Assembly: GCA_964483625.1 (NCBI GenBank)
Contig: CAZABB010000006.1
Location: 2,129-66,128 of the forward strand
Direction: 5' to 3'
Source: an uncultured Planctomycetia bacterium
Lineage (GTDB): Bacteria; Omnitrophota; Gorgyraeia; Duberdicusellales; 4484-171
DNA length: 64,000 nt
Position numbers and translations under genes: made by a program. The stretch's first letter is position 1; every line of letters starts with the position of its first letter. Below the pieces are notes generated by a model. That model did not search any database. It saw nothing but the letters and a program-made list of their open reading frames with translations, and had not been told where the DNA came from. Below are positions 9,653 through 19,136 of the stretch, piece after piece.

Positions 9653-10000
9653 ATGCTTAAAAATGCAGCGAAATGCATGTTGATCTTACTGGTCGCAGCA
9701 GGCCCGATAACGATGGCTTATGCTTCGGTAGAAGAGGAACTTTCGGCGATTGAACGCTACCAGTATACATCCGAGGAATTCAAAGACGTGGTAAACATCA
9801 TCAAGTATTACCATCCACGGTATTCCCGCAAGCAAATCGGCCGGCTGATCGTCATGGCCTATTACGAATTACAGGAACATTTCCGTGACGTTTCCCTGTA
9901 TGAAGTCGCTCAAGGGATAAAAAGCATCTCCCGCCAGCGCCTCGGCATCGATTTAGAAAGCCATATCGTTACCTACATGAACGCCAAGATCAAAAAGTAA
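9653..10000 (+). CDS. Hypothetical secreted protein
   Basis: AGGAGGAG RBS, signal peptide ending AYA, followed by a terminator. Confidence 0.7.
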   Translation: MLKNAAKCMLILLVAAGPITMAYASVEEELSAIERYQYTSEEFKDVVNIIKYYHPRYSRKQIGRLIVMAYYELQEHFRDVSLYEVAQGIKSISRQRLGIDLESHIVTYMNAKIKK

Positions 10001-10028
10001 CCATACCTTTATTTTCTGAGAATCTCAG

Positions 10029-10062
10029 GCCCTGTTGGACAAACGTTCCACAGGGCTTTTTT
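10029..10062 (+). terminator. Rho-independent terminator
   Basis: gccctgttgga..tccacagggc + T6. Confidence 0.7.
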
Positions 10063-10140
10063 ATCTGCGCCCACCTGCGTGAATGCGATTGCGGTGGTTA
10101 TTCCGACAGGGATTACAGTGATTTCGTTTTATGTAAAATC

Positions 10141-10629
10141 TCACACCCACAGATTCTTATCCAGAGAACGGTACTGCACCGCCTCAGCCACATGGGCCGG
10201 GAGGATATCTTTACTTTGAGCCAGATCGGCAATGGTGCGGGAAATTTTGAGGATCTTATCGTAGGCCCGGGCGCTGAATCCGAATTCCCGCGCGGCAGCT
10301 TCAATCAATGTTTTTGCCTGAGAACTCAGGACGCAGTACTTCCTGATCTGCTTATGGTTCATCCGGGCGTTAAAGAACGTGCCGCCGTTATAAGACGCAA
10401 ACCTCTCCCGCTGGATCTTCCGGGCAGCTTCAACTCGTTTTTTTATTCGATAAGAGTTTTCACTCACCACTCCGTCAGCCATAACCGCACTCATCTTAAT
10501 ACTCTGCAGTTCGATGTGAATATCGATCCGGTCCAGGAGCGGACCGGATATTTTATTGCGATACCGCTGGATCTGAGAACCGGAACAGTGGCAGGGTTTG
10601 TGGTGGGAGTTGAAATACCCGCAGGGGCA
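10141..10629 (-). pseudogene. comM: comM/YifB (Mg-chelatase-like) 3' fragment, separated by element integration
   Basis: CPCGYF...C.C...QIQRYRNKISGPLLDRIDIHIE, SARAYDKILKISRTIADL, EAVQYRSLD. Confidence 0.92.
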
Positions 10630-12253
10630 TCCCTTCAGCACACTTCGCAAACTCTTCGGGACTGTCAACGTAGATTGTCATGTCCATCTTGAGCTTCCTC
10701 CTGACTTTCTTGGCGAGGACTTCCTTTACGATTACGGCGAGCCTTGACTTCCTTGCTTCTTCTGAAAGGACTGGCCAGGTCTTTGCGAGGTTCTCAAGCT
10801 CTTCAAACGAGGCTTCGAGGGCGAGTATCCTGTTCTGCGATTCTTCTTTGACGGTCTTTACCTTTAGGAGGCTGTTCCTTACTTCTTCAAGCTGTCTGTT
10901 CACCTTTTCAAATCTCGGGGTGAATGTCTCGTCGTCTATTATCCTGCGTTCGAGCTTGCCGAGGAGTGTTTCTCTTATTTCATCAAGTTCCTTCTCATGC
11001 GCCTCGAGCTGGGCTTTTTCCTGTTTTTTGTTCTTGGTGTCGGGCTTTACCGCTTTCTTGAGTTCATTGATGAGCTTTGCCTTCTCTTTCAGGAATTGCT
11101 TGTTTTCTGAGAGCGCAAGGAGTGTCCCGATGACTATCTCTTCGAGTGGCTCTCCGTCTATGGTCTGTCCTTTGCAGGCTGAGGTTCCTTTCCTGCTTGT
11201 GGTGGCGCACCTGTAATACAGGTATTCCTTCTCCGTCCCGTCTGCATAGGTCTTTGTGTGGGTATAGCCGTACATCTTTCCCCCGCAGTGCCAGCATTTC
11301 AGTATTCCCGACAGGAGATAGGTCTTGTCCGATTTGGTGGGCTTTGATGTCTTCTGCATCAGCAGGTCCTGGACTTCATCGAATTTCTTTTTCGCCACTA
11401 TCGGCTTGTGGTCGCCTTTGACTATCTTCCATTTCTCCCTGTCCACGTGCCTGAGCTTTCCAGAGGAGATGTCAGTCTTTCTTTTGCCGTAGGTTATGTA
11501 TCCGAGATAGAAGGGGTTTGTCAGCATCCGTCTTACTGTCGTTGTTGTCCAGTCGCCCTTCCTTGTCTTGAGTCCCCGGAGATTGAAGCCGTTGACCACT
11601 TTGCGGAGGCTTTTCTCTTTGAGGTAGGAGTCATACATCTGCCTGATTATCTGCGCTTCCTCTTCAAGCAGGTAGAGCTTCTTGTTCTCGGGGGTTTCCC
11701 TGTCCGCTTTGTTCAGGGCTTTTGCTTCGCTTGCTCCTTTTGCCCTGAGGCTTTCGATGAGCTTTTCCCTTGTTATGTATCCAAAGGGGATTATCCCTCC
11801 GTTCCATTTGCCTTTTTCCGCCCTGTAGTGCATGTCAGTTGAGACTCTTTCGGAATCAATTTCTCTCTCAAGCTGTGCCAGTGCCCCGAGGAGGTTGAGC
11901 ATGAATCTTCCCATCGGGCCTTCGGTATTTATGTTTTCGTTGAGGGAGAGGAGCTTGATGTCGTGCTTCTCGAAGAACGATACAAGGAACAAAAGGTCTT
12001 GAAGCGACCTTGTGATCCTGTCAAGCCTTGTGAATACGACGATGTTGAACTTCTTGTCTTCTGCATCCTTCAGCAGAGCTTCCAAAGCCGGCCTGTTCTT
12101 GTCCTTTGCAGATATTCCCTCATCCCTGTAGAGCCTGAATACGGAGAATTCCCTTGCGTTACAGTATTGCTTGAGGCGTTCTTCCTGGGTCTTGAGGGAG
12201 TCACGGTCTATCTGCTGGGTGGTTGATACTCTTATGTAGAGTGCAGCTTTCAC
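10553..12253 (-). CDS. Large serine recombinase (resolvase, recombinase, Zn-ribbon, coiled coil); reads through attR into comM
   Basis: YIRVST (catalytic Ser), RLDRITR, EREIDSER, PFGY, LTNPFYLG, LLSGILKCWHCG, YYRC. Confidence 0.95.
   Translation of the reverse strand: MKAALYIRVSTTQQIDRDSLKTQEERLKQYCNAREFSVFRLYRDEGISAKDKNRPALEALLKDAEDKKFNIVVFTRLDRITRSLQDLLFLVSFFEKHDIKLLSLNENINTEGPMGRFMLNLLGALAQLEREIDSERVSTDMHYRAEKGKWNGGIIPFGYITREKLIESLRAKGASEAKALNKADRETPENKKLYLLEEEAQIIRQMYDSYLKEKSLRKVVNGFNLRGLKTRKGDWTTTTVRRMLTNPFYLGYITYGKRKTDISSGKLRHVDREKWKIVKGDHKPIVAKKKFDEVQDLLMQKTSKPTKSDKTYLLSGILKCWHCGGKMYGYTHTKTYADGTEKEYLYYRCATTSRKGTSACKGQTIDGEPLEEIVIGTLLALSENKQFLKEKAKLINELKKAVKPDTKNKKQEKAQLEAHEKELDEIRETLLGKLERRIIDDETFTPRFEKVNRQLEEVRNSLLKVKTVKEESQNRILALEASFEELENLAKTWPVLSEEARKSRLAVIVKEVLAKKVRRKLKMDMTIYVDSPEEFAKCAEGMPLRVFQLPPQTLPLFRFSDPAVSQ
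10606..10652 (-). other. attR (P-B') junction; predicted TG crossover at 10628-10629
   Basis: Minus: gtttgcgaagtgtgctgaaggga-TG-cccctgcgggtattt; P arm is the inverse of the arm at the other junction. Confidence 0.8.
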
Positions 12254-12384
12254 TTATTGGTTTTCCTTTCTTCGAGGAGCTTTTGGAATACCTTGATATC
12301 GGCTTCAAGCAGGATTTCAAGAACTCTCTGAAGCCTGAACCGCTCCCCGCTACCTTCCTTTATTATCCTGCGTTTCTTCTTCAT
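12250..12384 (-). CDS. 44-aa basic protein translationally coupled to the recombinase
   Basis: MKKKRRIIKEG...; stop overlaps recombinase start. Confidence 0.4.
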   Translation of the reverse strand: MKKKRRIIKEGSGERFRLQRVLEILLEADIKVFQKLLEERKTNK

Positions 12385-12607
12385 GATTTGCTTTCCGTAA
12401 CATATTCTACTATGGAACACTATGAAGTCAAGAGGAATGTGCCTGCTGCTTATTTCAAAATTAAATGCAAAATCGGTTGCGTTACGGTTAGCGTTTGGAT
12501 ATAATAAAATCATATTTATACGATTAATATTATTCATATGATAAATAATATAAATAGGGCAAAAAACACAAAAAGTATAAATACCACTTTCTGCAGGAGT
12601 TAGATAA

Positions 12608-12766
12608 ATGCCAAAAAAAGGGAAATCAAAACAATCCATAGGGATAACTATAGATAAAGAAATCCTTAAGAAATTGGACAATTTCTGCAAGAAAAATTTT
12701 AATGCAAAACGGTCAGGCGTAATAGAGCAGGCCACAAAGAAATTCTTAGAGGAGAATTCAAAATGA
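12608..12766 (+). CDS. Ribbon-helix-helix (CopG-like) regulator heading the R-M operon
   Basis: Hand translation MPKKGKSKQSIGITIDKEILKKLDNFCKKNFNAKRSGVIEQATKKFLEENSK; ATGA overlap with next gene. Confidence 0.75.
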   Translation: MPKKGKSKQSIGITIDKEILKKLDNFCKKNFNAKRSGVIEQATKKFLEENSK

Positions 12767-14892
12767 GCAAATATGATTTTCTTGATGCACGCAAAGAACT
12801 CGAGCAGACGATAAGTGCTGATTTAAAACGGGCTCTTGAAAAGAGAGGGTTTAGCGTTAAACACAATGGCACTAAAGATTCCTCTGCACCGGGGAATAAA
12901 GCTGACATTGAGCTCTATAATTCGACTTACCATATCACTGTAGAGGTAACGAAGACAACAAAATCCAATGCAGACAGGGAATTTTTGGCAATAAAAGACC
13001 ACTTAGAGCAGATTAAAAATACATACACTTCAAAGAAATGTTTTACTATTTATGTATCTCCTGAGACACATTACCGCATGATGAATGCCATTCGAGATCA
13101 TGATATCTTAAATAGCAAGAAAAACGACCTTAAGATATTGCCTTTTTCTTTCGCTTCTTTTGAGCTCTTTATTACCAAGCTAATTCAATCTCACAAGGAA
13201 CAATACAATAAAACTCTGATTATAGGGTTATTTAATGAATATCTTAATTTTCTGGATGATGAGCGTGTCTTGAGGATATTATATGACAAACTATTTTCCG
13301 ACGACGAGCAACTCAAAAGAGAAATTCAAATTAAAGAGGAAAATAGGCATCAGCAGACCGTTGAGAATTTAGTAAAAGATTTACTCAATCTCGAAAATAA
13401 GTTGAGAGAAGAATTGGGAATTACCCATACTGATGCAATCAGAGATATTATATTTCTGGTCTTCATTAAACTTTATGAAGAAAAAAGAGAATTTGAAGGT
13501 AAAGAGAACAGATTTAAAAGGCACACCTTTCCTAAATTTCAAGAGTATATCAATGATGAGAAATTAGCAGGACATGAATTGTTTAAGTTGATAAAGGAAG
13601 ATAAAGAGCTTAAGTCTGCGAAGGTCTTTACTGATTCTGATTTTCTGTCCGATAAACTGGACGACAATTTCATCCTGAAATTCTATATTGAGCCGTTTGA
13701 GAAATATCACTTTTATACTACTAAAGTAGATGGCCTCGGCGCTGCATATGAGGTTTTGGGTATGCGGGCAGGTAAAGATGTTAAGGCAGGGCAGTTTTTT
13801 ACTCCTGAGAATGTCGTGAGATTTATGGTTCATATGGCAGAACTGGATTATGATGATGTAGTATTAGACCCCGCCTGCGGCACAGCAAGATTCCTTATAT
13901 ATTCTATGTATGACATGATTGAAAAAGTTCGAGGACGAAATCAGGATGATAAAGTCAAGAATATTAAGGTTAAACAATTGTATGGCTCAGATTATGACCC
14001 TAATGTGGCAAAGCTGGCAAAAATGAATATGTATATACACGGAGATGGGAAAACAAACATTATGGACCAAGACGGTCTTTTATTATTTCATTTTGATAAT
14101 CAAATTGATGCAATCCTTACAAATCCTCCTTTGGGTGACCAATCATATCAAAAGACAAGCTATGATGATATTTTTAAGAAGGAACGCATGGCTGTAATTC
14201 CAAAGAATAATGTATCCACAGATAATCTGAAGTCTTTGAGGGACAAGCTCAATGCCTTAAAAGAAAGTTTATTGAAGGCAAAAGAGACACAATCTCAGAA
14301 GAATGTCCAAAGGATAAGCAAGAACATTGAGGAATGTGAAAGGAAAATTGTTAATTTAGAAGAAGACATTGCCCGGGGGACTGTTGAACATAAGGTCTCT
14401 GGCACACAAATGAAAGGTGGCGCCTTATTCATAAACGCTGCGTATCATTATTTAAAGACTGTTAGAAATGAGGATGCTTTACCAGAGTGGCGTGGGGGGA
14501 AGCTGCTTCTTATTTTGGATGAGGGCATTTTGAATACAGAGGATTATTCTAATGTTAGAAATTTTGTAAAGGAGCATTTTTATATTAAGGCGGTGATTTC
14601 TCTTACGAGAGATACCTTCATCCCTATTTCTCATACAAGCACAAAGACCTCGATATTGTATTGTATAAAGAAAGAAGATTTAGATGCAGTCCAGCAAGAA
14701 CCTATCTTTTTTGCGCATGTGGATAAAGTCGGTTTGAATACAAAAGGCAAGGTGTGTGAGAATCATTTATTTAGTGGCAACAAGAAAAATATTCTGAAAA
14801 ATTATATGGAATTCAAGAAGAATGTGTTGGATTCATATGATGGTTTAGCCTTTAATAGAAAAAGATTTGTCGGGAAAAAGAAAAATGTTTGA
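12763..14892 (+). CDS. Fused restriction nuclease-amino-methyltransferase (type IIB/IIG-like R-M subunit)
   Basis: N-terminal AD...VEVTK PD-(D/E)xK-like motif; GQFFTP, LDPACGT, NPPL. Confidence 0.85.
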   Translation: MSKYDFLDARKELEQTISADLKRALEKRGFSVKHNGTKDSSAPGNKADIELYNSTYHITVEVTKTTKSNADREFLAIKDHLEQIKNTYTSKKCFTIYVSPETHYRMMNAIRDHDILNSKKNDLKILPFSFASFELFITKLIQSHKEQYNKTLIIGLFNEYLNFLDDERVLRILYDKLFSDDEQLKREIQIKEENRHQQTVENLVKDLLNLENKLREELGITHTDAIRDIIFLVFIKLYEEKREFEGKENRFKRHTFPKFQEYINDEKLAGHELFKLIKEDKELKSAKVFTDSDFLSDKLDDNFILKFYIEPFEKYHFYTTKVDGLGAAYEVLGMRAGKDVKAGQFFTPENVVRFMVHMAELDYDDVVLDPACGTARFLIYSMYDMIEKVRGRNQDDKVKNIKVKQLYGSDYDPNVAKLAKMNMYIHGDGKTNIMDQDGLLLFHFDNQIDAILTNPPLGDQSYQKTSYDDIFKKERMAVIPKNNVSTDNLKSLRDKLNALKESLLKAKETQSQKNVQRISKNIEECERKIVNLEEDIARGTVEHKVSGTQMKGGALFINAAYHYLKTVRNEDALPEWRGGKLLLILDEGILNTEDYSNVRNFVKEHFYIKAVISLTRDTFIPISHTSTKTSILYCIKKEDLDAVQQEPIFFAHVDKVGLNTKGKVCENHLFSGNKKNILKNYMEFKKNVLDSYDGLAFNRKRFVGKKKNV

Positions 14893-16321
14893 CACTTCTA
14901 TTTACTACAGATTTTCAGAAGAGATTGATGACAGGTTTGACGAAAATTATAATCATTTGCGTTATGATGAAATTAATCGGCTACTCAGTAAAAGCAGATT
15001 CGAGAATATCCTTCCTATAGGCGATAAGCAAGTTCTGAAGGAAATTACCAGTGGCAAAACGCCTCGAGGAATTAAGTATCAGGAAGAAGGAGTGCCATTT
15101 TTAGGAGCTTCAAATATCATCAACGGAGAGGTTGATATAGAAAGTTGCCCTAAGATTGAACAAGAAATGCATGAAGGAGTGCTTAAGTCTTCCAAGGTAA
15201 AAAAGGGAGATATTCTAATAACGATGGCGGGAACAATAGGTCGTTGTGCGATTTATTCTTATGAAGAAGAGGCAAATTGTAATCAAGCCGTAGCAATATT
15301 GCGATTGAATGAAGATATAGTAATCCCCCATTATGTCGTAGAATATCTTGATTCAGTTATTGGTGATCTGTTTTTTCAGAAATTCCAGCATATTTCGAGT
15401 CAGCCTAATATTAATCTTAATGAAATTAAAAGAATTAAGGTAATCCTTCCAGATAAGACGCAACAGAAGACCATACTGAATGAAATAAATAAAATTAGAG
15501 CAGAATTACATAATATAATAAAAATGCGTGAAGATAAGCTCATAGAGATTAAGGTTTCTATAATTGACGAGTTAGAATTTAAGTCTCAAATACCCAAAAC
15601 GTACTTTTTTCATAAAGGGAGAGAATCTACGAACTCCTGTTTTTCCTTTTTTGAAGATTTGGATAGGCTTCACTACTTGTTTAATCAACCCAAAGGTAAA
15701 TTATACGAAGAATTAATTAAAATATTTCATACTGTTGAACTTAATGATGCTTGCAGCGAACCCATTAAACGAGGAGAGCAGCCTGTATATATGGAAGAGG
15801 GGGAAGTGAAAGTCATAAAAACTATAGATTTAAAGAATTCTTATATAGATATGGATAATTGCTTAAGAGTATCACAGGAATTTTATGATGAGAAGGTTAC
15901 TGCTCAAATTTTTAAAAAAGATATTTTAATTGCTTCAACAGGCTATGGGTCTTTAGGCAAGGTAGATATATATGAGGATGATGAACCCGCTATGGTGGAT
16001 GGGCATATTTCTATTTTACGCCTTAACTCAGATTATGACCCCTATTTTATACTATACTTTCTTCGTTCTCCTTTGGGGCAGATACAGTTTGAAAAGTGGT
16101 TCTCTGGTTCTTCTGGGCAAATAGAAATTCAACCCGGAGACTTAGGCAAATTCTTGATTCCCTCTGCATCTGATAATGGAATTTCTTTTGTAAGGCAGTG
16201 CCAGATATCAAAGAAAATATCTGGTAAGTTAAAAGAAGCTAATTTGTTAAGAAGTAAAGCGGATTTAGTCAGAGATAAATTGTCTCAGAATTTTCAAGAA
16301 TTAATATTCCGGAACTTTTAA
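14885..16321 (+). CDS. R-M specificity (S) subunit with two target recognition domains
   Basis: SGKTP, GDILITMAGTIGR, QPNIN; second TRD DILIASTG.GSLGK. Confidence 0.88.
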   Translation: MFDTSIYYRFSEEIDDRFDENYNHLRYDEINRLLSKSRFENILPIGDKQVLKEITSGKTPRGIKYQEEGVPFLGASNIINGEVDIESCPKIEQEMHEGVLKSSKVKKGDILITMAGTIGRCAIYSYEEEANCNQAVAILRLNEDIVIPHYVVEYLDSVIGDLFFQKFQHISSQPNINLNEIKRIKVILPDKTQQKTILNEINKIRAELHNIIKMREDKLIEIKVSIIDELEFKSQIPKTYFFHKGRESTNSCFSFFEDLDRLHYLFNQPKGKLYEELIKIFHTVELNDACSEPIKRGEQPVYMEEGEVKVIKTIDLKNSYIDMDNCLRVSQEFYDEKVTAQIFKKDILIASTGYGSLGKVDIYEDDEPAMVDGHISILRLNSDYDPYFILYFLRSPLGQIQFEKWFSGSSGQIEIQPGDLGKFLIPSASDNGISFVRQCQISKKISGKLKEANLLRSKADLVRDKLSQNFQELIFRNF

Positions 16322-16348
16322 TCCCATTCAGAGGATATATCTTTATCT

Positions 16349-16831
16349 CTATTTCCCCATCAATTCCTCTCTAATCCTTTCCCCTTCCTCAGTCAGTACG
16401 TATAGCCTTCCGTTTTTCTGTTCGGGGTTGAGGCATTTGGCTATGCCTTTGTCTATGAATTCCCTGAGTGCGTCGCATATCCTTGCCACCTTTATGTCGT
16501 CGCTTTCCCCGTCCGGATTGATTTTCGAGAAGAGTTCTTTTTCCGTTATCGGGATGATGATGTGCCTGATTATCTCCTCTCGGAGCTTTTTGCCTTCGTC
16601 GGTCAGCTCATACAGTTTTCTTGCTGTCTTGCCTCCGTTTCTGCTTACCGCTATCCCTTTTTTCTCAAATGCCTTGAGCACGTCTGTCGTGTTGTTGCAG
16701 TTCGCCCTGTTGTAGTAGGGCTTGATTTTCTTCTGTATGAGGCTTGCTGTCATCGGGTAATCCATAGCTTTGATAATCGCTATCCTTCTTGGCCCTTTGA
16801 CAACCCATGCTAACAGCTCTATGCTCACCAT
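16349..16831 (-). CDS. Tandem winged-helix protein, archaeal type
   Basis: Internal repeat KGIA....RKLYELTDEG / KGIAKCLN...RLYVLTEEG. Confidence 0.7.
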   Translation of the reverse strand: MVSIELLAWVVKGPRRIAIIKAMDYPMTASLIQKKIKPYYNRANCNNTTDVLKAFEKKGIAVSRNGGKTARKLYELTDEGKKLREEIIRHIIIPITEKELFSKINPDGESDDIKVARICDALREFIDKGIAKCLNPEQKNGRLYVLTEEGERIREELMGK

Positions 16832-17019
16832 CTTTTTACGTTTATAAATGGAAACGCTGTTTTAAATTTATCACTCATTTTATACTTTTTAGGTAAGTAT
16901 TGATTGAGAATTGGTAACTCTCGTCCGATTTCGGATAAATACAGCATGTTTTTTACAGGTTTACTTAGTTAACTTTTTGAAGCATAAGCTTTAAGAATAA
17001 ACTTCCTTGTGTTTTCGAG

Positions 17020-17400
17020 GTGGTCTGTATGAATGGTGTCTATGTGTGTTATAGCGAAGAGAAGCAGGGCGATTTCTCTGAGGTTGTTGAGATGTCGAAT
17101 GATGAATATCTGATTTGGAGGCATAAGACTTCTATCAGGAGGGAAATGAGGTATCCGGCGAAGGTTATCATTAAGATTTCAAAGAAGGATATCTATTACG
17201 TGGGGGATTTGCTTCTGGTTAAGGAATATGAGGCTTTTAATCCTGAGATTTTCATCAAAGATGAGCGTCATCGTCCTGTTGCTTGGAGTGAGTCTTCCGA
17301 TGATACGAAAAGTGTGCTATTCATTGCTAATTTGCAGGAAGTTCCCGAGCCTGAGGAAGTGAAGGATATTCATCCTCCACGGGGGGTCGCTTATTTTTAG
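17020..17400 (+). CDS. Hypothetical protein
   Basis: ORF track; consistent codon bias. Confidence 0.55.
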   Translation: MVCMNGVYVCYSEEKQGDFSEVVEMSNDEYLIWRHKTSIRREMRYPAKVIIKISKKDIYYVGDLLLVKEYEAFNPEIFIKDERHRPVAWSESSDDTKSVLFIANLQEVPEPEEVKDIHPPRGVAYF

Positions 17401-17642
17401 ATACGGTATTTATCGAAAACTTCTTCTAGGTCTCGATACATATTTGTAAGCCAGTCATTTTTCCATCCGCCTTTATCTGTAAGGAGAAGTTTTTTTGCCA
17501 GGAATTCGTTGCTGACTTCGGATTTGCCGAATATTTTATCGGCGTATTCGAGAGCTTTTTCCATGCCTTGTTGTTTGTAGATCATAAAGATGTTAATGCA
17601 CGCTATTTTGTTTGCTTTGTAGTTGCGTCTAAATCCTGTCAT
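17397..17642 (-). CDS. Hypothetical protein
   Basis: ORF track; TATA-like motif 22 nt upstream. Confidence 0.5.
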   Translation of the reverse strand: MTGFRRNYKANKIACINIFMIYKQQGMEKALEYADKIFGKSEVSNEFLAKKLLLTDKGGWKNDWLTNMYRDLEEVFDKYRI

Positions 17643-17843
17643 TTATGCCTGACTAGGGGTTCTGTTTAATATATTTTTTGTATATTGGATATTTCGGCAC
17701 ACGCAGACCTTCTTTTCTTAAAGCTTTTCCCCTGAATTGCGGGGTCGGATATGTTTATCCTAAAGCTTTAATGAGAGGTCTGCTATACGTGCCTTTCACT
17801 CAGGCCTCCAAAGACCGCTGAAAAATCTTTGGAGGTGTTTACC

Positions 17844-18155
17844 ATGAGTGAAGTAGTAGAAACTATAGTCAGGCAGTTGTCCTGCCAGGGCCTTGACAAG
17901 CTGACTCTTGCTTGCCTCGGCTTCAAGACGTTTGTGAAGATGGATGATGATACTCTCCGCCTTCACTTCAAAGACAGAAGGGGCGTTGTCAATGTGGATG
18001 TGCATTACAACATCGGGTATGACTCGTACGATGTGACATACCAGCGAATCGACAGGGAGACTTACGAGATTAAGTCGAGAATCAGGAAAGATGTTTTCTT
18101 CGATGAGCTCGCCGGCGTCTTCGACGATTTGTTTGCCATTAAGGGGCTCGCCTGA
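17844..18155 (+). CDS. Hypothetical protein with hairpin-sequestered RBS
   Basis: GGAGGTG RBS; followed by terminator-like ggggctc-gcct-gagcctc + T tract. Confidence 0.65.
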   Translation: MSEVVETIVRQLSCQGLDKLTLACLGFKTFVKMDDDTLRLHFKDRRGVVNVDVHYNIGYDSYDVTYQRIDRETYEIKSRIRKDVFFDELAGVFDDLFAIKGLA

Positions 18156-18184
18156 GCCTCTTTATTTTTTTTGGCTCGCTGGTT

Positions 18185-18517
18185 TTATGCCGTAGGGATG
18201 AAGTGTTCTCTTAATGACTGTATGAGCTTGTCTTGGCCTTCTTTTGTTTTGTCCGTTGCTATCAGGTGTATGGAGTTTTCGTTGTAGATGACGCTTGCTG
18301 TGGAGTGCTTGCCTGTGTAGGTTTCGCTTTGCCCCTGCCAGTCTTCGTATCTGTGGCTTTTTAGCCTTTCTTCAGAATGAGGTTTTTCCATTTCCAGCTC
18401 TTTCATTATGCCTGTCAGGATTTTTATGCACGTGAAGGGGCATCCTTTGGGAATGTTTATCTTTGCGTGGGTATCGTTCTTCCTGCTTGTATCAATCTCG
18501 ATTTTTGGTTTTAGCAT
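18185..18517 (-). CDS. Hypothetical protein
   Basis: ORF track; start taken at MLKPKIE. Confidence 0.5.
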   Translation of the reverse strand: MLKPKIEIDTSRKNDTHAKINIPKGCPFTCIKILTGIMKELEMEKPHSEERLKSHRYEDWQGQSETYTGKHSTASVIYNENSIHLIATDKTKEGQDKLIQSLREHFIPTA

Positions 18518-18645
18518 TTTATCGAGAATACAGAGATAACAAGTCTTATTAATATCTTTGCTATTTTTAGTATTCAAGAATGGTGACAGGAGAGTTGCGG
18601 CACTTTTCGTCAGGTTTAAATAGAAAAGAACAGCTTTGATATTGC

Positions 18646-18858
18646 ATGGCAGAAGGACTGATTGAAGGGGTGCTCGTAACTTTTACAGCCGTGATGATAT
18701 TAATGCTTATGGGCATTACTTATTCTGGTGTTCAGCAGTACTCTAATCCTGCTGTCCATGCTGGCATACTCGGCGGTATCCTTTCTATCCTTTTGCTTAT
18801 CTGTGCTGGCTCTTTGTTATCAATGGAGAATTATGTCTATAATGGAGGAATCCTCTGA
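18646..18858 (+). CDS. Small two-TM membrane protein
   Basis: Two hydrophobic segments; TTTAAATA 23 nt upstream. Confidence 0.5.
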   Translation: MAEGLIEGVLVTFTAVMILMLMGITYSGVQQYSNPAVHAGILGGILSILLLICAGSLLSMENYVYNGGIL

Positions 18859-18947
18859 TTATTATTTTACCTTTTCTTTGAGTGTTCTTTTCCCAGACCT
18901 ATCCTTTGAGTGCAAATCTTTTATATCCTTCCCGTTACCATTCTTTC

Positions 18948-19136
18948 ATGGTTAAAAGCAGGCTGATTAATGTGCGGTTGTCGGGGAGACAGTATGATCT
19001 CCTCATCAACCGTATGGAGTGCATGGGCTACCTTAACATGAGCCAGTTCATCAGGGATTGCGCTCTTCGGGATGACCTTGCCACCCTCAAGCTTCTGCGG
19101 GACATTCACGAGAGGGTGGTCGGCAGTGCCTCTTAA
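18948..19136 (+). CDS. Ribbon-helix-helix (MobC-like) small protein
   Basis: MVKSRLINVRLS..QY..L......GY.NMSQFIR. Confidence 0.65.
   Translation: MVKSRLINVRLSGRQYDLLINRMECMGYLNMSQFIRDCALRDDLATLKLLRDIHERVVGSAS

Noticed and set aside
10620-10623. TGCG 4-bp identity as the crossover core
   Set aside because: Longest shared stretch, but attP symmetry centres on the TG at 10628-29; either choice keeps both reading frames.
10141-10668. 175-aa ORF as an independent gene
   Set aside because: It is the comM 3' half with a TTG start inside the recombinase; no RBS seen.
12250-12735. 161-aa ORF upstream of the recombinase
   Set aside because: Overlaps the RHH gene antisense and AT-rich promoter DNA; only the last 44 codons look coding.
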